Of a stretch of DNA of 53,041 nt, positions 37,755 through 47,352 are shown one piece after another. Each line of letters starts with the position of its first letter. Positions within the stretch are counted from its first letter, which is position 1. The stretch is from assembly GCA_002427165.1 (NCBI GenBank), contig DIQB01000129.1:1-53041 (forward strand), written 5' to 3'. The DNA comes from Firmicutes bacterium UBA5473. Its GTDB lineage: Bacteria; Bacillota; DTU084. The notes under the pieces were generated by a model. That model had not been told where the DNA came from and did no database searches. It worked only from the letters and a program-made list of their open reading frames with translations. Position numbers and translations under genes: made by a program.

Positions 37755-39083
37755 ATGGAATTGGCAAAGAGAAGAGTTGAGAATCTCATCTGGAACAGAG
37801 CACGGGAGTGCATGGACCGAGAGGAGAAACAACAGCTACAGTTGGAGAAGCTACAGGAGACAGTAAGGCGGGTGTATCAGAAGGTACCCCATTACCGCAA
37901 TGCCTTGCAAGAGCGGGGGATTGGCCCCGATGATATCCGCTCTTTGGCAGATCTAACCCACCTGCCCTTTACAGCAAAACAAGATTTGCGGGATAACTAT
38001 CCGTTTGGCATGTTTGCCGTGCCTAAAAGCGAAATCGTACGCATTCATGCCTCATCAGGTACCACAGGCAAACCCACAGTTGTGGCCTACACCAGCCGGG
38101 ATCTAAATAACTGGGCAGAACTTGTGAGCAGATCCCTGGTTTGCGCAGGTGGCACCCATGAGGATACCATCCAGATTGCTTACGGCTACGGCCTCTTTAC
38201 AGGTGGCCTGGGCATTCACTATGGAGCAGAGCGCCTCGGAGCCACAGTGGTCCCCATCTCCGGTGGCAATTCAGAGAGGCAAGTGAACCTAATGCGGGAC
38301 TTCGGCACCACGATTCTCGCTTGCACCCCCTCCTATGCCCTTCATATTGCAGAGGTAGCCCGGGAGAGCGGGATCGATATTCGCGAGCTGCCTTTGCGTG
38401 CCGGTATTTTCGGGGCAGAGCCCTGGTCTGATAACATGCGCAAGAAACTGGAAGCAGAAACAGGAATCAGCGCTGTTGATATCTATGGTCTCAGTGAGGT
38501 TGTGGGTCCAGGTGTTGCCTGCATGTGCCAAGCTAAAGAGGGGCTCCACGTCTTCGATGATCATTTTATTCCTGAAATCGTGGATCCTGTAACAGGTGAG
38601 CCCCTGCCGCCAGGGGAGGAAGGGGAGCTTGTTTTCACCTCCATCTCCAAGGAGGCCTTCCCGATTATCCGCTACAGAACTCGGGATATCAGCTCCATCA
38701 TAGAGGAACCATGTGAATGTGGTCGTACTCACACCAGGATTCAAAGAATCTGTGGACGCACAGACGACATGCTCATTATCCGGGGTGTGAATGTCTTCCC
38801 ATCCCAGATCGAAAGCGTGCTACTTGAGATCGGCGAGACCGAGCCTCACTATCAGCTAATCGTAGATCGCAGAGGACAGATGGACGCCCTTGAGGTACTA
38901 GTGGAAGTTTCCGAACAAATGTTCTCCGATAAAGTCAGAGGCCTTGAGGAGCTAGGACAGAGGATTCAGCACAAGATTGTGAGTCTACTGGGCGTCTCTT
39001 GTAAAGTGAAACTGGTGGAGCCTAAAACAATTGAACGCACCAGTGGTAAGGCTAAACGCGTCATTGACAAACGTCAATTATAA
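37755..39083 (+). CDS. paaK: Phenylacetate-CoA ligase family (PaaK-like adenylate-forming) enzyme
   Basis: [41 protein letters not shown] is a close match to the PaaK family N-terminus. C-terminal [11 protein letters not shown]. Confidence 0.85.
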   Translation: MELAKRRVENLIWNRARECMDREEKQQLQLEKLQETVRRVYQKVPHYRNALQERGIGPDDIRSLADLTHLPFTAKQDLRDNYPFGMFAVPKSEIVRIHASSGTTGKPTVVAYTSRDLNNWAELVSRSLVCAGGTHEDTIQIAYGYGLFTGGLGIHYGAERLGATVVPISGGNSERQVNLMRDFGTTILACTPSYALHIAEVARESGIDIRELPLRAGIFGAEPWSDNMRKKLEAETGISAVDIYGLSEVVGPGVACMCQAKEGLHVFDDHFIPEIVDPVTGEPLPPGEEGELVFTSISKEAFPIIRYRTRDISSIIEEPCECGRTHTRIQRICGRTDDMLIIRGVNVFPSQIESVLLEIGETEPHYQLIVDRRGQMDALEVLVEVSEQMFSDKVRGLEELGQRIQHKIVSLLGVSCKVKLVEPKTIERTSGKAKRVIDKRQL

Positions 39084-39096
39084 GGAGGGAGCAAGA

Positions 39097-39528
39097 ATGC
39101 AAGTCACTCAAATCTCAGTATTTTTGCAGAACACAGCTGGCAGGCTGGCAGGAGTCACAAAAACATTGGGTGAGGCGGGGATCAATATTCGTGCCCTATC
39201 CATCGCAGACACCAGTGATTTTGGAATTTTGCGCCTGATTGTGGACAAAAGCGAGGAAGCCCTAAAGGTTCTCAAAGATCGGGGCTACGCTGTGAGCAAG
39301 ACAGAGGTGATCGCGGTCCGCGTCCCAGATAAGCCTGGGGAACTTTCTACAATTTTATCCCTTCTAGAGGGAACAGGGATCAATATTGAGTATCTTTATG
39401 CTTTTGTGGGTCGCTCTGGGGGAGATGCAGTTGTGGTTTTCCGAGTCGAGGAGCCCCAAAGAGCTCGGGTCTTGTTATCCGAGAACAACATCGAATTTCT
39501 TGATGAAGATCAGATCAATAAGTTTTAG
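39097..39528 (+). CDS. ACT domain-containing (amino-acid-binding) protein
   Basis: AAGGAGGG RBS before the ATG at 39097. Two ACT-like repeats (ISVFLQNTAGRLAGVTKTLGEAGINI; VRVPDKPGELSTILSLLEGTGINI). This is a common PaaK partner. Confidence 0.8.
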   Translation: MQVTQISVFLQNTAGRLAGVTKTLGEAGINIRALSIADTSDFGILRLIVDKSEEALKVLKDRGYAVSKTEVIAVRVPDKPGELSTILSLLEGTGINIEYLYAFVGRSGGDAVVVFRVEEPQRARVLLSENNIEFLDEDQINKF

Positions 39529-39537
39529 GAGAGAGTT

Positions 39538-40680
39538 ATGAAGATCGTAATTGCACCTGATTCTTTTAAGGGCAGCGCCTCGGCCAAACAGGTGGCCGAG
39601 GCCATAGCCTCCGGCTGGCGCCGGATTTTCCCCGGGGCCCTCTGCGAGCTTGTGCCCATGGCAGATGGCGGCGAAGGCACTATGGAGGCCTTAGTAGATG
39701 CCACAGGTGGTGTTACCAAAACCATTCGCGTCCAAGATCCTCTTGGCCGCACTATCGAGGCAAGCTTTGGGGTTTTAGGCGATGGCAAAACTGCAGTGGT
39801 TGAGATGGCTGAAGCCTCAGGCCTGCCGCTGCTCGCGCCCTCTGAGCGCAATCCCCTTCTAACTACCACCTTCGGTACAGGGCAGCTGATCCGTGCCGCC
39901 CTAGAGGAGGGTATTGAGCGGCTTTTGATTGGCCTCGGCGGCAGCGCTACAGTTGATGCAGGCGCGGGTTTGGTCAGTGCGATGGGAGCTAAACTATTAG
40001 CTAAAAATGGCCAGGAGGTTGGCCCCGGTGGCGGGAGCCTCGGGAGCCTCGCCAAAATAGAATTAGGAGAGCTACCTAAGCTACTAGGCAAGGTTGAAGT
40101 CTTGGCAGCCTGCGATGTGGACAATCCCCTCACAGGGCCACAAGGCGCAGCTGCCGTCTTCGGACCTCAGAAGGGAGCCACTCCTCAAATGGTGGCCCAG
40201 CTAAATCGGAACCTGGCCCATTGGGCACAAATCGTTGCCCGGGACTTGAGGATAGAGGTGGATCATCTCCCTGGGGCCGGCGCTGCAGGGGGCCTGGGGG
40301 CGTGTCTTGTGGCCTTTTTGGGCGCCAAGCTAGTTCCAGGGATCGAGATGGTGATGTCCTCCTCAGGCCTTGAGGAGAAGCTCAAGAACTGCGATCTGGT
40401 GATCACAGGTGAGGGCAAGTTAGATGGACAAAGCGCCAGGGGTAAAACACCTATGGGTGTGGCCCAGTTGGCAGCCAAACATAAGATTCCAGTCCTGGCC
40501 ATAGGCGGCTCAATTGCAGAAGATGCATCTCTCCTCTATAACGAGGGAATCGGCGCCATGCTCAGCATCGCGCCAGGACCAATTTCGCTAAGTGAGGCAA
40601 TCGAAGAGGGACCCAAGCTGCTGGAGGAGACAGGGGAGCGAGCAGCGAGGATTTTTGCCCTGGCAGGTTGGAAGGATTAA
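39538..40680 (+). CDS. glxK: Glycerate kinase
   Basis: MKIVIAPDSFKGSASA N-terminus, GGSATVDAG and ITGEGKLDGQS motifs of the glycerate kinase family. Confidence 0.85.
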   Translation: MKIVIAPDSFKGSASAKQVAEAIASGWRRIFPGALCELVPMADGGEGTMEALVDATGGVTKTIRVQDPLGRTIEASFGVLGDGKTAVVEMAEASGLPLLAPSERNPLLTTTFGTGQLIRAALEEGIERLLIGLGGSATVDAGAGLVSAMGAKLLAKNGQEVGPGGGSLGSLAKIELGELPKLLGKVEVLAACDVDNPLTGPQGAAAVFGPQKGATPQMVAQLNRNLAHWAQIVARDLRIEVDHLPGAGAAGGLGACLVAFLGAKLVPGIEMVMSSSGLEEKLKNCDLVITGEGKLDGQSARGKTPMGVAQLAAKHKIPVLAIGGSIAEDASLLYNEGIGAMLSIAPGPISLSEAIEEGPKLLEETGERAARIFALAGWKD

Positions 40681-40741
40681 AACTACTAGCTAAAGAATGG
40701 GGGGAGAGAAATTCTCTCCCCCTTTTGCAAGGAGGGGGAAG

Positions 40742-42280
40742 ATGGTAACCATCCAGGTGGGGAAGAAGAAGATCCAAGGGGCGAGAGGGAGTAATCTGCG
40801 CGAGACTCTTCTGGCGGCAGGCGTTCCCCTGGATTCCCCCTGCGGCGGCCGCGGCAGCTGCGGCAAGTGCAAAGTTCGAGTATTAGGAGAGGTAGACCCA
40901 CCTTCTATAGCTGAGCGGGAGCTTTTAGACTCCGGCCTCAAGCTAGGGCTGCGCCTGGCCTGTAGGGTTACAATTCGGGGCCCCCTTGCAGTAGAACTAC
41001 TCTCCTCGGCAGAGGAGAGTGCTCCTTCAGAGGAAGTTATATCACGAGATATGCAGTTGGGCGCAGCTGTGGACATCGGCACCACCACCCTTGCCGGCTA
41101 CCTTGTGGATCTTCCATCTGGCAGCGTCTTGGCCACAGCCTCAAGATTAAATCCCCAGGCAAGTTATGGCGCAGATGTGATCTCGCGCCTGGCTTATGCC
41201 CAGGAGGGAGGCAGCCAGGATCTTACAGAGGCTGTGCGCAGGGGCGTAGCCGATCTTTTGGTTGATCTGGCAGGGAGCCTGGGGCAGATCCGCAAATTGG
41301 TTTTGGTTGGCAATTCCGCTATGCACCACCTGTGGTGGGGCATAGAGACAAGCAGCCTGGCTCAGGCTCCCTACAGACCAGCGTCTACCCAGCCCATTTC
41401 AGAGCCTGCCTCCACTTTAGGCCTTTCTCTCCACCCAGAAGCCCAGGTATATTTTTTGCCCCTTGTGGCAGGGTTTGTGGGAGCTGATACTGTGGCAGCA
41501 CTTCTTGCCACAGGGCTTGATGAGGGGCACGCCAGAAGGCTGCTTGTTGATATCGGCACCAATGGAGAAATGGTGCTGGCTGCAAATGGCAAGCTCCTTA
41601 CCTGCGCTGCAGCTGCAGGGCCGGCTCTGGAGGGGGCTGAGATTAGCTGCGGTATGCGGGGGATTCAAGGCGCGATTGAGGCAGTGAATCTTGATGATGG
41701 TATAAATTATAAAGTGATCGGAGATGTGGAGCCTTTGGGCATCTGCGGCTCGGGGCTTGTGGATCTGCTCTCAGAGCTCTTGCGCGTTGGTGCTGTGGAT
41801 CATACAGGACGGCTTTTGGGCCAAGCTGAGTTTTTGGCCCAAGGTGGGGCGGCTAAGCTAGCTTCCAACTTGCTTGAGGATGGCTTTCAAGTAGCGGTTG
41901 GGCCCCAGGGGCCAATTGTGCTTACAGGCCGGGATGTGCGCAAGCTTCAGCTTGCCAAAGGGGCAATTAGAGCAGGCTGTGAGATCTTGCTCTCTGCGGG
42001 GGGCATTGCATACCAAGAGCTAGATGAGATTATTCTCGCCGGTGCTTTTGGCAGTTACCTCAGCCCCAAAAGCGCCCTCAGGGTAGGGCTGTTGCCTCCA
42101 GTCGAACTCGAAAGGATCAAAAGCGCAGGGAATGCTGCAGGTGAGGGAGGAAAACTCGTGCTTGTGGGCGACCAGCAGAAGAAGCGGGCAGAGGAAATAG
42201 CGAGAAAGCTTGAGTATATAGAGCTTGCAGGTAGAGGAGATTTTCAAGAGCGCTTCATGGAAGGGATGCTGTTTGACTGA
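40742..42280 (+). CDS. 2Fe-2S ferredoxin domain fused to an ASKHA/DUF4445 ATPase (RACo-like corrinoid activation protein family)
   Basis: CGGRGSCGKCKV cluster motif. AVDIGTTT and LVDIGTNGE phosphate-binding motifs. GGAGGGGG RBS before the ATG at 40742. Confidence 0.75.
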   Translation: MVTIQVGKKKIQGARGSNLRETLLAAGVPLDSPCGGRGSCGKCKVRVLGEVDPPSIAERELLDSGLKLGLRLACRVTIRGPLAVELLSSAEESAPSEEVISRDMQLGAAVDIGTTTLAGYLVDLPSGSVLATASRLNPQASYGADVISRLAYAQEGGSQDLTEAVRRGVADLLVDLAGSLGQIRKLVLVGNSAMHHLWWGIETSSLAQAPYRPASTQPISEPASTLGLSLHPEAQVYFLPLVAGFVGADTVAALLATGLDEGHARRLLVDIGTNGEMVLAANGKLLTCAAAAGPALEGAEISCGMRGIQGAIEAVNLDDGINYKVIGDVEPLGICGSGLVDLLSELLRVGAVDHTGRLLGQAEFLAQGGAAKLASNLLEDGFQVAVGPQGPIVLTGRDVRKLQLAKGAIRAGCEILLSAGGIAYQELDEIILAGAFGSYLSPKSALRVGLLPPVELERIKSAGNAAGEGGKLVLVGDQQKKRAEEIARKLEYIELAGRGDFQERFMEGMLFD

Positions 42281-42319
42281 TAAGATTCGCTCTTTGGATT
42301 TTTAAGGGAGGAAGTTATA

Positions 42320-43198
42320 ATGCGAAAGAAGCTTTTATTCTTTCTGCTGATGCCGTTGTTATTTATAGGTTGTAGCAAACCTGGAAAAAACATACCTCAG
42401 CCTCAGGGTAGTTTTCCCCTAACAATTACCGATGCCTTCGAGGAAGAAGTTACAATTGAGAAACCACCAGTGAGGATTATCTCTTTGGCCCCCAGCCATA
42501 CCGAGATTCTTTTTCAGCTGGGTTTGGAGGACAAGATTGTAGGTGTAACCAACTGGTGCAATTGGCCCGGGGAGGCCCAAAAGAAAACTCTGGTGGGAGA
42601 TATTAATCTTAACTTCGAAAAAATTGTCTCCCTCAAGCCGGATCTCATCGTGGGTATCCGCAGCATGCAGGAGGAGAACCTCAAACGTCTGGCCCAAATG
42701 GGATACAAAGTACTTAGCCTGGAGCCCGCAGGGATCGAGGGCACAATTAAAACTATCGAAACCCTGGGCCTGGTAACAGACCGCAGGGCAGAGGCTGGAA
42801 GGCTTATCGCGAAAATAAAAGAGCAGCTAGCTAGCATCAAACCCAAAACCACAAGGCCCAAAGTGCTGATGGTTTTAGATTTAGATCCCCTCTATACAGT
42901 GGGACCGGGTAGCTTGCAAGACGAACTATTAGTTCGCGCAGGTGGCGAAAACATCGCAGCTGAAACAAACACTCCTTGGCCGCAGCTTTCAGATGAGATT
43001 ATAATTGCCCAAGATCCCGATGTAATTTTGGTGACAGCGGATTTCCAGGAACGTATTTTGAATAAGGCTGCCTGGCGAAATCTCAAAGCAGTTAAAAAGG
43101 GGGCCATCTATTCTGTAGATCCGGATTTAATCTCAAGGCCTGGCCCCAGAATTGGTGAGGCTGCAGTGGAGATCGCCCAGGTGCTTGGAGAAAAGTAG
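42320..43198 (+). CDS. Cluster-A ABC substrate-binding lipoprotein (BtuF/FhuD-like, cobalamin or iron-chelate)
   Basis: Lipobox LLFIGCSK. RIISLAPSHTEILFQLGLEDKIVGV is typical of BtuF-like binding proteins. Confidence 0.75.
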   Translation: MRKKLLFFLLMPLLFIGCSKPGKNIPQPQGSFPLTITDAFEEEVTIEKPPVRIISLAPSHTEILFQLGLEDKIVGVTNWCNWPGEAQKKTLVGDINLNFEKIVSLKPDLIVGIRSMQEENLKRLAQMGYKVLSLEPAGIEGTIKTIETLGLVTDRRAEAGRLIAKIKEQLASIKPKTTRPKVLMVLDLDPLYTVGPGSLQDELLVRAGGENIAAETNTPWPQLSDEIIIAQDPDVILVTADFQERILNKAAWRNLKAVKKGAIYSVDPDLISRPGPRIGEAAVEIAQVLGEK

Positions 43199-43209
43199 GA
43201 GGGACGCAA

Positions 43210-44247
43210 TTGCAGGGGAAAGACCTGAGCTCTCAAGTTCGCGCCCAGCGCCATAGGTGGAGGCTTGTTAGCTTCTGCCTTTTTCTAGCGCTGGTGCTGG
43301 TGGTTATCCTGGCGCTATCCGTGGGAGCTGTGAAACTTAGCCCCGGGGACGTCTTGGGAGTATTCGCAAACAAACTCTTCGGATCCAAAGCGCCACCTGA
43401 GACTGCCCGGATCATAGTCTGGCAGCTACGCCTGCCCAGAATCCTTATGGCAGCCGCAGTTGGTGCAGCCCTATCTAGCTCTGGCGTGGCCCTCCAGGGC
43501 CTTTTTCGCAATTCGCTAGTAGACCCATATATCCTCGGCCTCTCCTCTGGTGCAGCTTTAGGCGCAGCTTTAGGGTTTAGCCTAAAGCTTTCCGGGTTTA
43601 TTCCCTTCTTTGCTTTTTTAGGCGCTCTTCTGGCGACCAGCATCGCTTATCTATTAGCTCAGGAACACGGGCGGGTGCCTCCCATGCGGCTCCTCCTCTC
43701 CGGCGTTGCCACCAGCGCTTTTCTTTCAGCGTTGGTCTCTATGCTAATGCTCAGGAGCCAGCAGAGCATGCAAACAATTTTTTTGTGGCTGATGGGTAGC
43801 TTTTCCGGTCGCAGCTGGCCTGAACTCGTGCTGGTCTTCCCCTACATGTTAGTTGGGCTCCTTCTGATCTTTTTCCATCTGCGGGAGCTCAACCTGCTAC
43901 TCTTGGGTGAGGAGGCAGCAAGCCAATTAGGGATGGAAGTGGAGCGAGCCAAACGCTTTCTGCTTCTGGGCGCCACCTTGGCTGCGGCAGCAAGCGTGGC
44001 CGGCAGCGGCACCATCGGCTTTGTGGGCCTTGTGGTGCCGCACCTGGTGCGGCTCGTCACAGGCTCTGACCACAGGCTCCTCTTTCCCCTCTCATTCCTT
44101 GTGGGGGCCTTATTTATGGTGCTAGCCGACACTTTAGCCCGCACCATAATGGCACCTGTAGAGCTGCCTGTTGGTATCATCACATCTTTAATTGGTGCTC
44201 CCTTCTTTCTCTATCTCCTCAAGAGAGGAGGGCGGAGATGGCAGTAG
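43210..44247 (+). CDS. FecCD/BtuC-family ABC permease
   Basis: RLPRILMAAAVGAALSSSGVALQGLFRNSLVDPYILGLSSGA and C-terminal GIITSLIGAPFFLYLL. Confidence 0.85.
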   Translation: MQGKDLSSQVRAQRHRWRLVSFCLFLALVLVVILALSVGAVKLSPGDVLGVFANKLFGSKAPPETARIIVWQLRLPRILMAAAVGAALSSSGVALQGLFRNSLVDPYILGLSSGAALGAALGFSLKLSGFIPFFAFLGALLATSIAYLLAQEHGRVPPMRLLLSGVATSAFLSALVSMLMLRSQQSMQTIFLWLMGSFSGRSWPELVLVFPYMLVGLLLIFFHLRELNLLLLGEEAASQLGMEVERAKRFLLLGATLAAAASVAGSGTIGFVGLVVPHLVRLVTGSDHRLLFPLSFLVGALFMVLADTLARTIMAPVELPVGIITSLIGAPFFLYLLKRGGRRWQ

Positions 44248-45491
44248 TATTCGATATTTGTGGCCTTACTTTCACATACGATAAAACCCCGATCCTCGAG
44301 GATCTGAAGCTTGAGATCGAAGAGGGCATGTTCGTTGGGATCATCGGTCCCAATGGCGCAGGTAAGTCCACTCTCTTGCGTCTTCTCTCCAAAGCCCTCT
44401 CCCCACAGAGGGGGGCTATTCTTCTGGAGAAGACTCCCCTCAACAAATGGTCCCGAGGTGAGCTTGCTCGTCACCTGGCTGTAATGGGGCAGGAAAGGCC
44501 GCAAGATCTGGAATTGACAGCCCTTGAGGTTGTGATGCTGGGGCGTGCTCCCCATCAGGGACGCTTTGGCGGTGAAACTCCCCAAGATTACCGGGTAGTG
44601 GAGGAGGCCATGGTTCTCACCCATGCTTGGGATTTGGCCCTGCGGCCTTTCTCTCAGCTCAGCGGTGGAGAACAGCAGCGGGTGATGCTGGCCCGGGCCC
44701 TGGCCCAGGAACCTGAGGTCTTGCTGCTGGATGAGCCCACAGCGCATCTGGATTTGAATTATCAGCTGGAGCTATTGTCTCAAGTTCAGACGCTGGTATT
44801 GCAAAAGGGGATTACAACCATAGCTGTGCTCCATGACCTAAACCTTGCTGCCAGCTTTTGTGACAAGCTGGTGCTGCTTTCCAGAAGAGGTGTGCTTGCA
44901 GCGGGGCTTGCGGGGGATGTGCTGACAACTGACCTTATTCGGGAAGCGTATGGGATCGGGGTGCAGGTGAGCACAAATCCCTTAACTGGTCGCCCGCAGG
45001 TTACGCCCCTGCCCCAGGGCAAGAGGCAGGATCGTTTTCGGGTGCATATAATTGGTGGTGGTGGCGCTGCAGCCTCGTTGTATTATCCGCTGCTGGAGGC
45101 TGGCTTTACTCTGTCTACTGGAGTGCTAAACCAGGGGGATACAGACTGGCAGGTGGCAAAAGATTTGGGGATAGAACTTGTGGAAATACCTGCCTTCAGT
45201 CCTATACCCGAAGAGGCACACCAGGCCAACCTTGCTTTAATTGGACAAGCAAGGGCAGTGGTGCTGGCAGATGTACCCTTTGGGCCGGGAAACTTGGGGA
45301 ATCTGAAGGCGGCATCAACCATTGGGCCCGGGCGGGATCTCTTATTGCTTCGGGGCAGGCCTCTTTCCCAAAGGGACTTTACAGGTGGGGTTGCTACTCA
45401 ATTATATACGGAGCTACTGGCAAGGGGAGAGATAGTGGAGGAAACGGATCTTGTTGGTCGGCTTATAGAGCTGGATAAAACAGGGAGCTGA
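44238..45491 (+). CDS. ABC ATPase (BtuD/FepC-like) with an extra C-terminal domain of about 155 aa
   Basis: GPNGAGKST, LSGGEQQRVMLARAL, LLLDEPTAHLD. The additional region starts near RFRVHIIGGGGAAASLYY. Confidence 0.8.
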   Translation: MAVVFDICGLTFTYDKTPILEDLKLEIEEGMFVGIIGPNGAGKSTLLRLLSKALSPQRGAILLEKTPLNKWSRGELARHLAVMGQERPQDLELTALEVVMLGRAPHQGRFGGETPQDYRVVEEAMVLTHAWDLALRPFSQLSGGEQQRVMLARALAQEPEVLLLDEPTAHLDLNYQLELLSQVQTLVLQKGITTIAVLHDLNLAASFCDKLVLLSRRGVLAAGLAGDVLTTDLIREAYGIGVQVSTNPLTGRPQVTPLPQGKRQDRFRVHIIGGGGAAASLYYPLLEAGFTLSTGVLNQGDTDWQVAKDLGIELVEIPAFSPIPEEAHQANLALIGQARAVVLADVPFGPGNLGNLKAASTIGPGRDLLLLRGRPLSQRDFTGGVATQLYTELLARGEIVEETDLVGRLIELDKTGS

Positions 45492-45506
45492 AAGGCTCCC
45501 TGTTTT
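45481..45506 (+). terminator. Rho-independent terminator of the ABC operon
   Basis: CAGGGAGC-tgaaag-GCTCCCTG followed by TTTT. The stop codon lies in the loop. A second hairpin with a T-run follows at about 45530-45568. Confidence 0.7.
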
Positions 45507-45671
45507 AACTATTAGATTATTTGGCAAAGGCTCAGTTAGCTTCTCCGGTAACTGGGCCTTTTCTTGAAAGGCAGTTTACAAAAGAAATTCAAGAGAACAA
45601 AAAATAATCCAAAGGTCCTCAGCTGGAGAATAGGGAATTATAGATAGAAGTAGTTTTTTAGGAGGGAACCG

Positions 45672-46859
45672 ATGGCAAGCTATCAGGAGCGATTAAATAA
45701 GCTAATTCTACAGCATAAAACCTTAGTCGAACGCAAAAATAGCATAGATGATAAATGGCAAAACGGAGTCTTCGAGCGTTACCGAAACCCGGTCCTCACC
45801 CGAAATCATACGCCTCTCTTTTGGCGCTATGATCTCAATCCCCAGACCAACCCCTACCTTCTAGAAAGATTGGGGATTAACGCAGTCTTCAACCCCGGCG
45901 CCATCGAACTAGACGGCAAGATTCACCTTGTCTGCCGCGTGGAAGGCTCCGATCGCAAATCCTTCTTTGCCATTGCAGAAAGCGACAATGGCATCGATAA
46001 CTTCCACTTCTTGGATCGGCCCATTCTCATGCCTCAAACCCAAGAGAGCGATGTGAATGTCTACGATATGCGCCTTACCAAACACGAAGATGGTTGGATC
46101 TATGGTTTGTTTTGCACAGAGCGCAAAGACCCCACAGCACCACCTTCCGATACCTCAAGTGCTGTTGCAGCTTGCGGCATTGCCCGTACCCGTGATCTTA
46201 AAAAATGGGAGCGGCTTGCTGATCTTAAATCAAATTCCCAGCAGCGCAATGTGGTGCTGCACCCTGAGTTTATTGATGGCAAATATGCCCTCTATACCCG
46301 GCCCCAAGATGGCTTCATTGACACAGGCTTCGGTGGCGGCATCGGCTGGAGTTTGGTAGAAAGCATGGAAAATGCCCAAATAGAAGCTGAGGAGATCATC
46401 CATAGCAGGCATTACCATACCATCTATGAAGTAAAGAACGGACAAGGTCCTGCACCCTTAAAAACCCCGGAGGGATGGCTCCATATCGCCCATGGGGTGA
46501 GAGGCACAGCTGCAGGCCTCAGGTATGTGCTCTATGCATTTTTCACAGATCTAAAAAAGCCAAACCGGGTTCTCTATACCCCGGGAGGATATTTCATGGC
46601 GCCAATAGGCTCCGAGCGGGTAGGGGATGTCTCGAACGTTTTATTTTGCAATGGTGCGGTTCTTAGGGACAACGGCCAGATTTTTATTTATTACGCCTCT
46701 TCAGACACCCGGATCCATGTAGCCACAACGGATCTGGAGCGGATGTTGGACTATGTAAAAAACACTCCCCCGGACCCCCTCAGATCTTTTGATTGCGTAG
46801 GGCAAAGATTTGAGCTGATTGAAAGCAATCTTGCTTTTTTGGGGGAGAGAAGTCTTTAA
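45672..46859 (+). CDS. GH130 beta-mannoside phosphorylase (4-O-beta-D-mannosyl-D-glucose / mannooligosaccharide phosphorylase-like)
   Basis: ERYRNPVLT..TPLFWRYDLNP..NAVFNPGAIELDGKIHLVCRVEG..DRKSFFAIAES and IYYASSDTRIHVATT resemble characterised GH130_1 enzymes. Confidence 0.8.
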   Translation: MASYQERLNKLILQHKTLVERKNSIDDKWQNGVFERYRNPVLTRNHTPLFWRYDLNPQTNPYLLERLGINAVFNPGAIELDGKIHLVCRVEGSDRKSFFAIAESDNGIDNFHFLDRPILMPQTQESDVNVYDMRLTKHEDGWIYGLFCTERKDPTAPPSDTSSAVAACGIARTRDLKKWERLADLKSNSQQRNVVLHPEFIDGKYALYTRPQDGFIDTGFGGGIGWSLVESMENAQIEAEEIIHSRHYHTIYEVKNGQGPAPLKTPEGWLHIAHGVRGTAAGLRYVLYAFFTDLKKPNRVLYTPGGYFMAPIGSERVGDVSNVLFCNGAVLRDNGQIFIYYASSDTRIHVATTDLERMLDYVKNTPPDPLRSFDCVGQRFELIESNLAFLGERSL

Positions 46860-47352
46860 GCTTTATTTGTTATAACATTGGGCAGCGTAATAGAACTAGC
46901 TCAAAAGCCTGCCAAATAGTACCATTTAGATTTTAAGCAGTGAGTACATTATCAAAATGAGAAATTAATAGCATGTCTTGCTATGGCAGAACAGGAAGAG
47001 AGATGAAACAAAATCCTAGGTCAATAGATATAGAGCAGATAAGGAAAGGTGCTTCTACGATCCCTTTGGGTCTTATGTTTGTGAGAAACAAAGATGTGGT
47101 TCAAGCAAGTATATAAGCATACCTATTTTCAGGGATAACTCAAACTATAAGGGCGTTGACAGGTCTCGATTCTGTTAATGCCTTTTTTATTGCTGGCGTT
47201 TCCCAATTGTTGCGAACTTGACTTAAAGGGGGCCAAGGAGGTAGTGGACAATATTTGGCGAATTTCTCAAAGGAAAGGTTCCAAACCTTGCTTGGTTTTT
47301 TATAAGCTATGAAATAAAGAACACCTTAGATACAACCTGGAGGGTGAGATTA

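Noticed and set aside
39525-40133. 202-aa minus-strand ORF
   Set aside because: It is antisense to the glycerate kinase gene, has a low-complexity S/P/A-rich translation, and has no RBS.
40690-41088. 132-aa minus-strand ORF, plus several 60-80 aa ORFs across 41147-42247
   Set aside because: They are shadow ORFs opposite the RACo-like gene, which has clear family motifs.
42281-42319. Looked for a cobalamin riboswitch ahead of the BtuF-like gene and ahead of 40742
   Set aside because: The spacers are only about 39 nt and 16-61 nt, which is far too short. No B12-box-like sequence was seen.
43233-44747. Minus-strand ORFs of 136, 113, 178 and 75 aa
   Set aside because: They are antisense to the FecCD permease and ABC ATPase genes. 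Their R/P/A-rich translations carry no motifs.
47003-47116. 37-codon ORF (MKQNPRSIDIEQIRKG...) with an upstream AGGAAGAGAG, in the 484-bp spacer before the histidine kinase
   Set aside because: It is too short, has no recognisable family, and cannot be supported without conservation or expression data.
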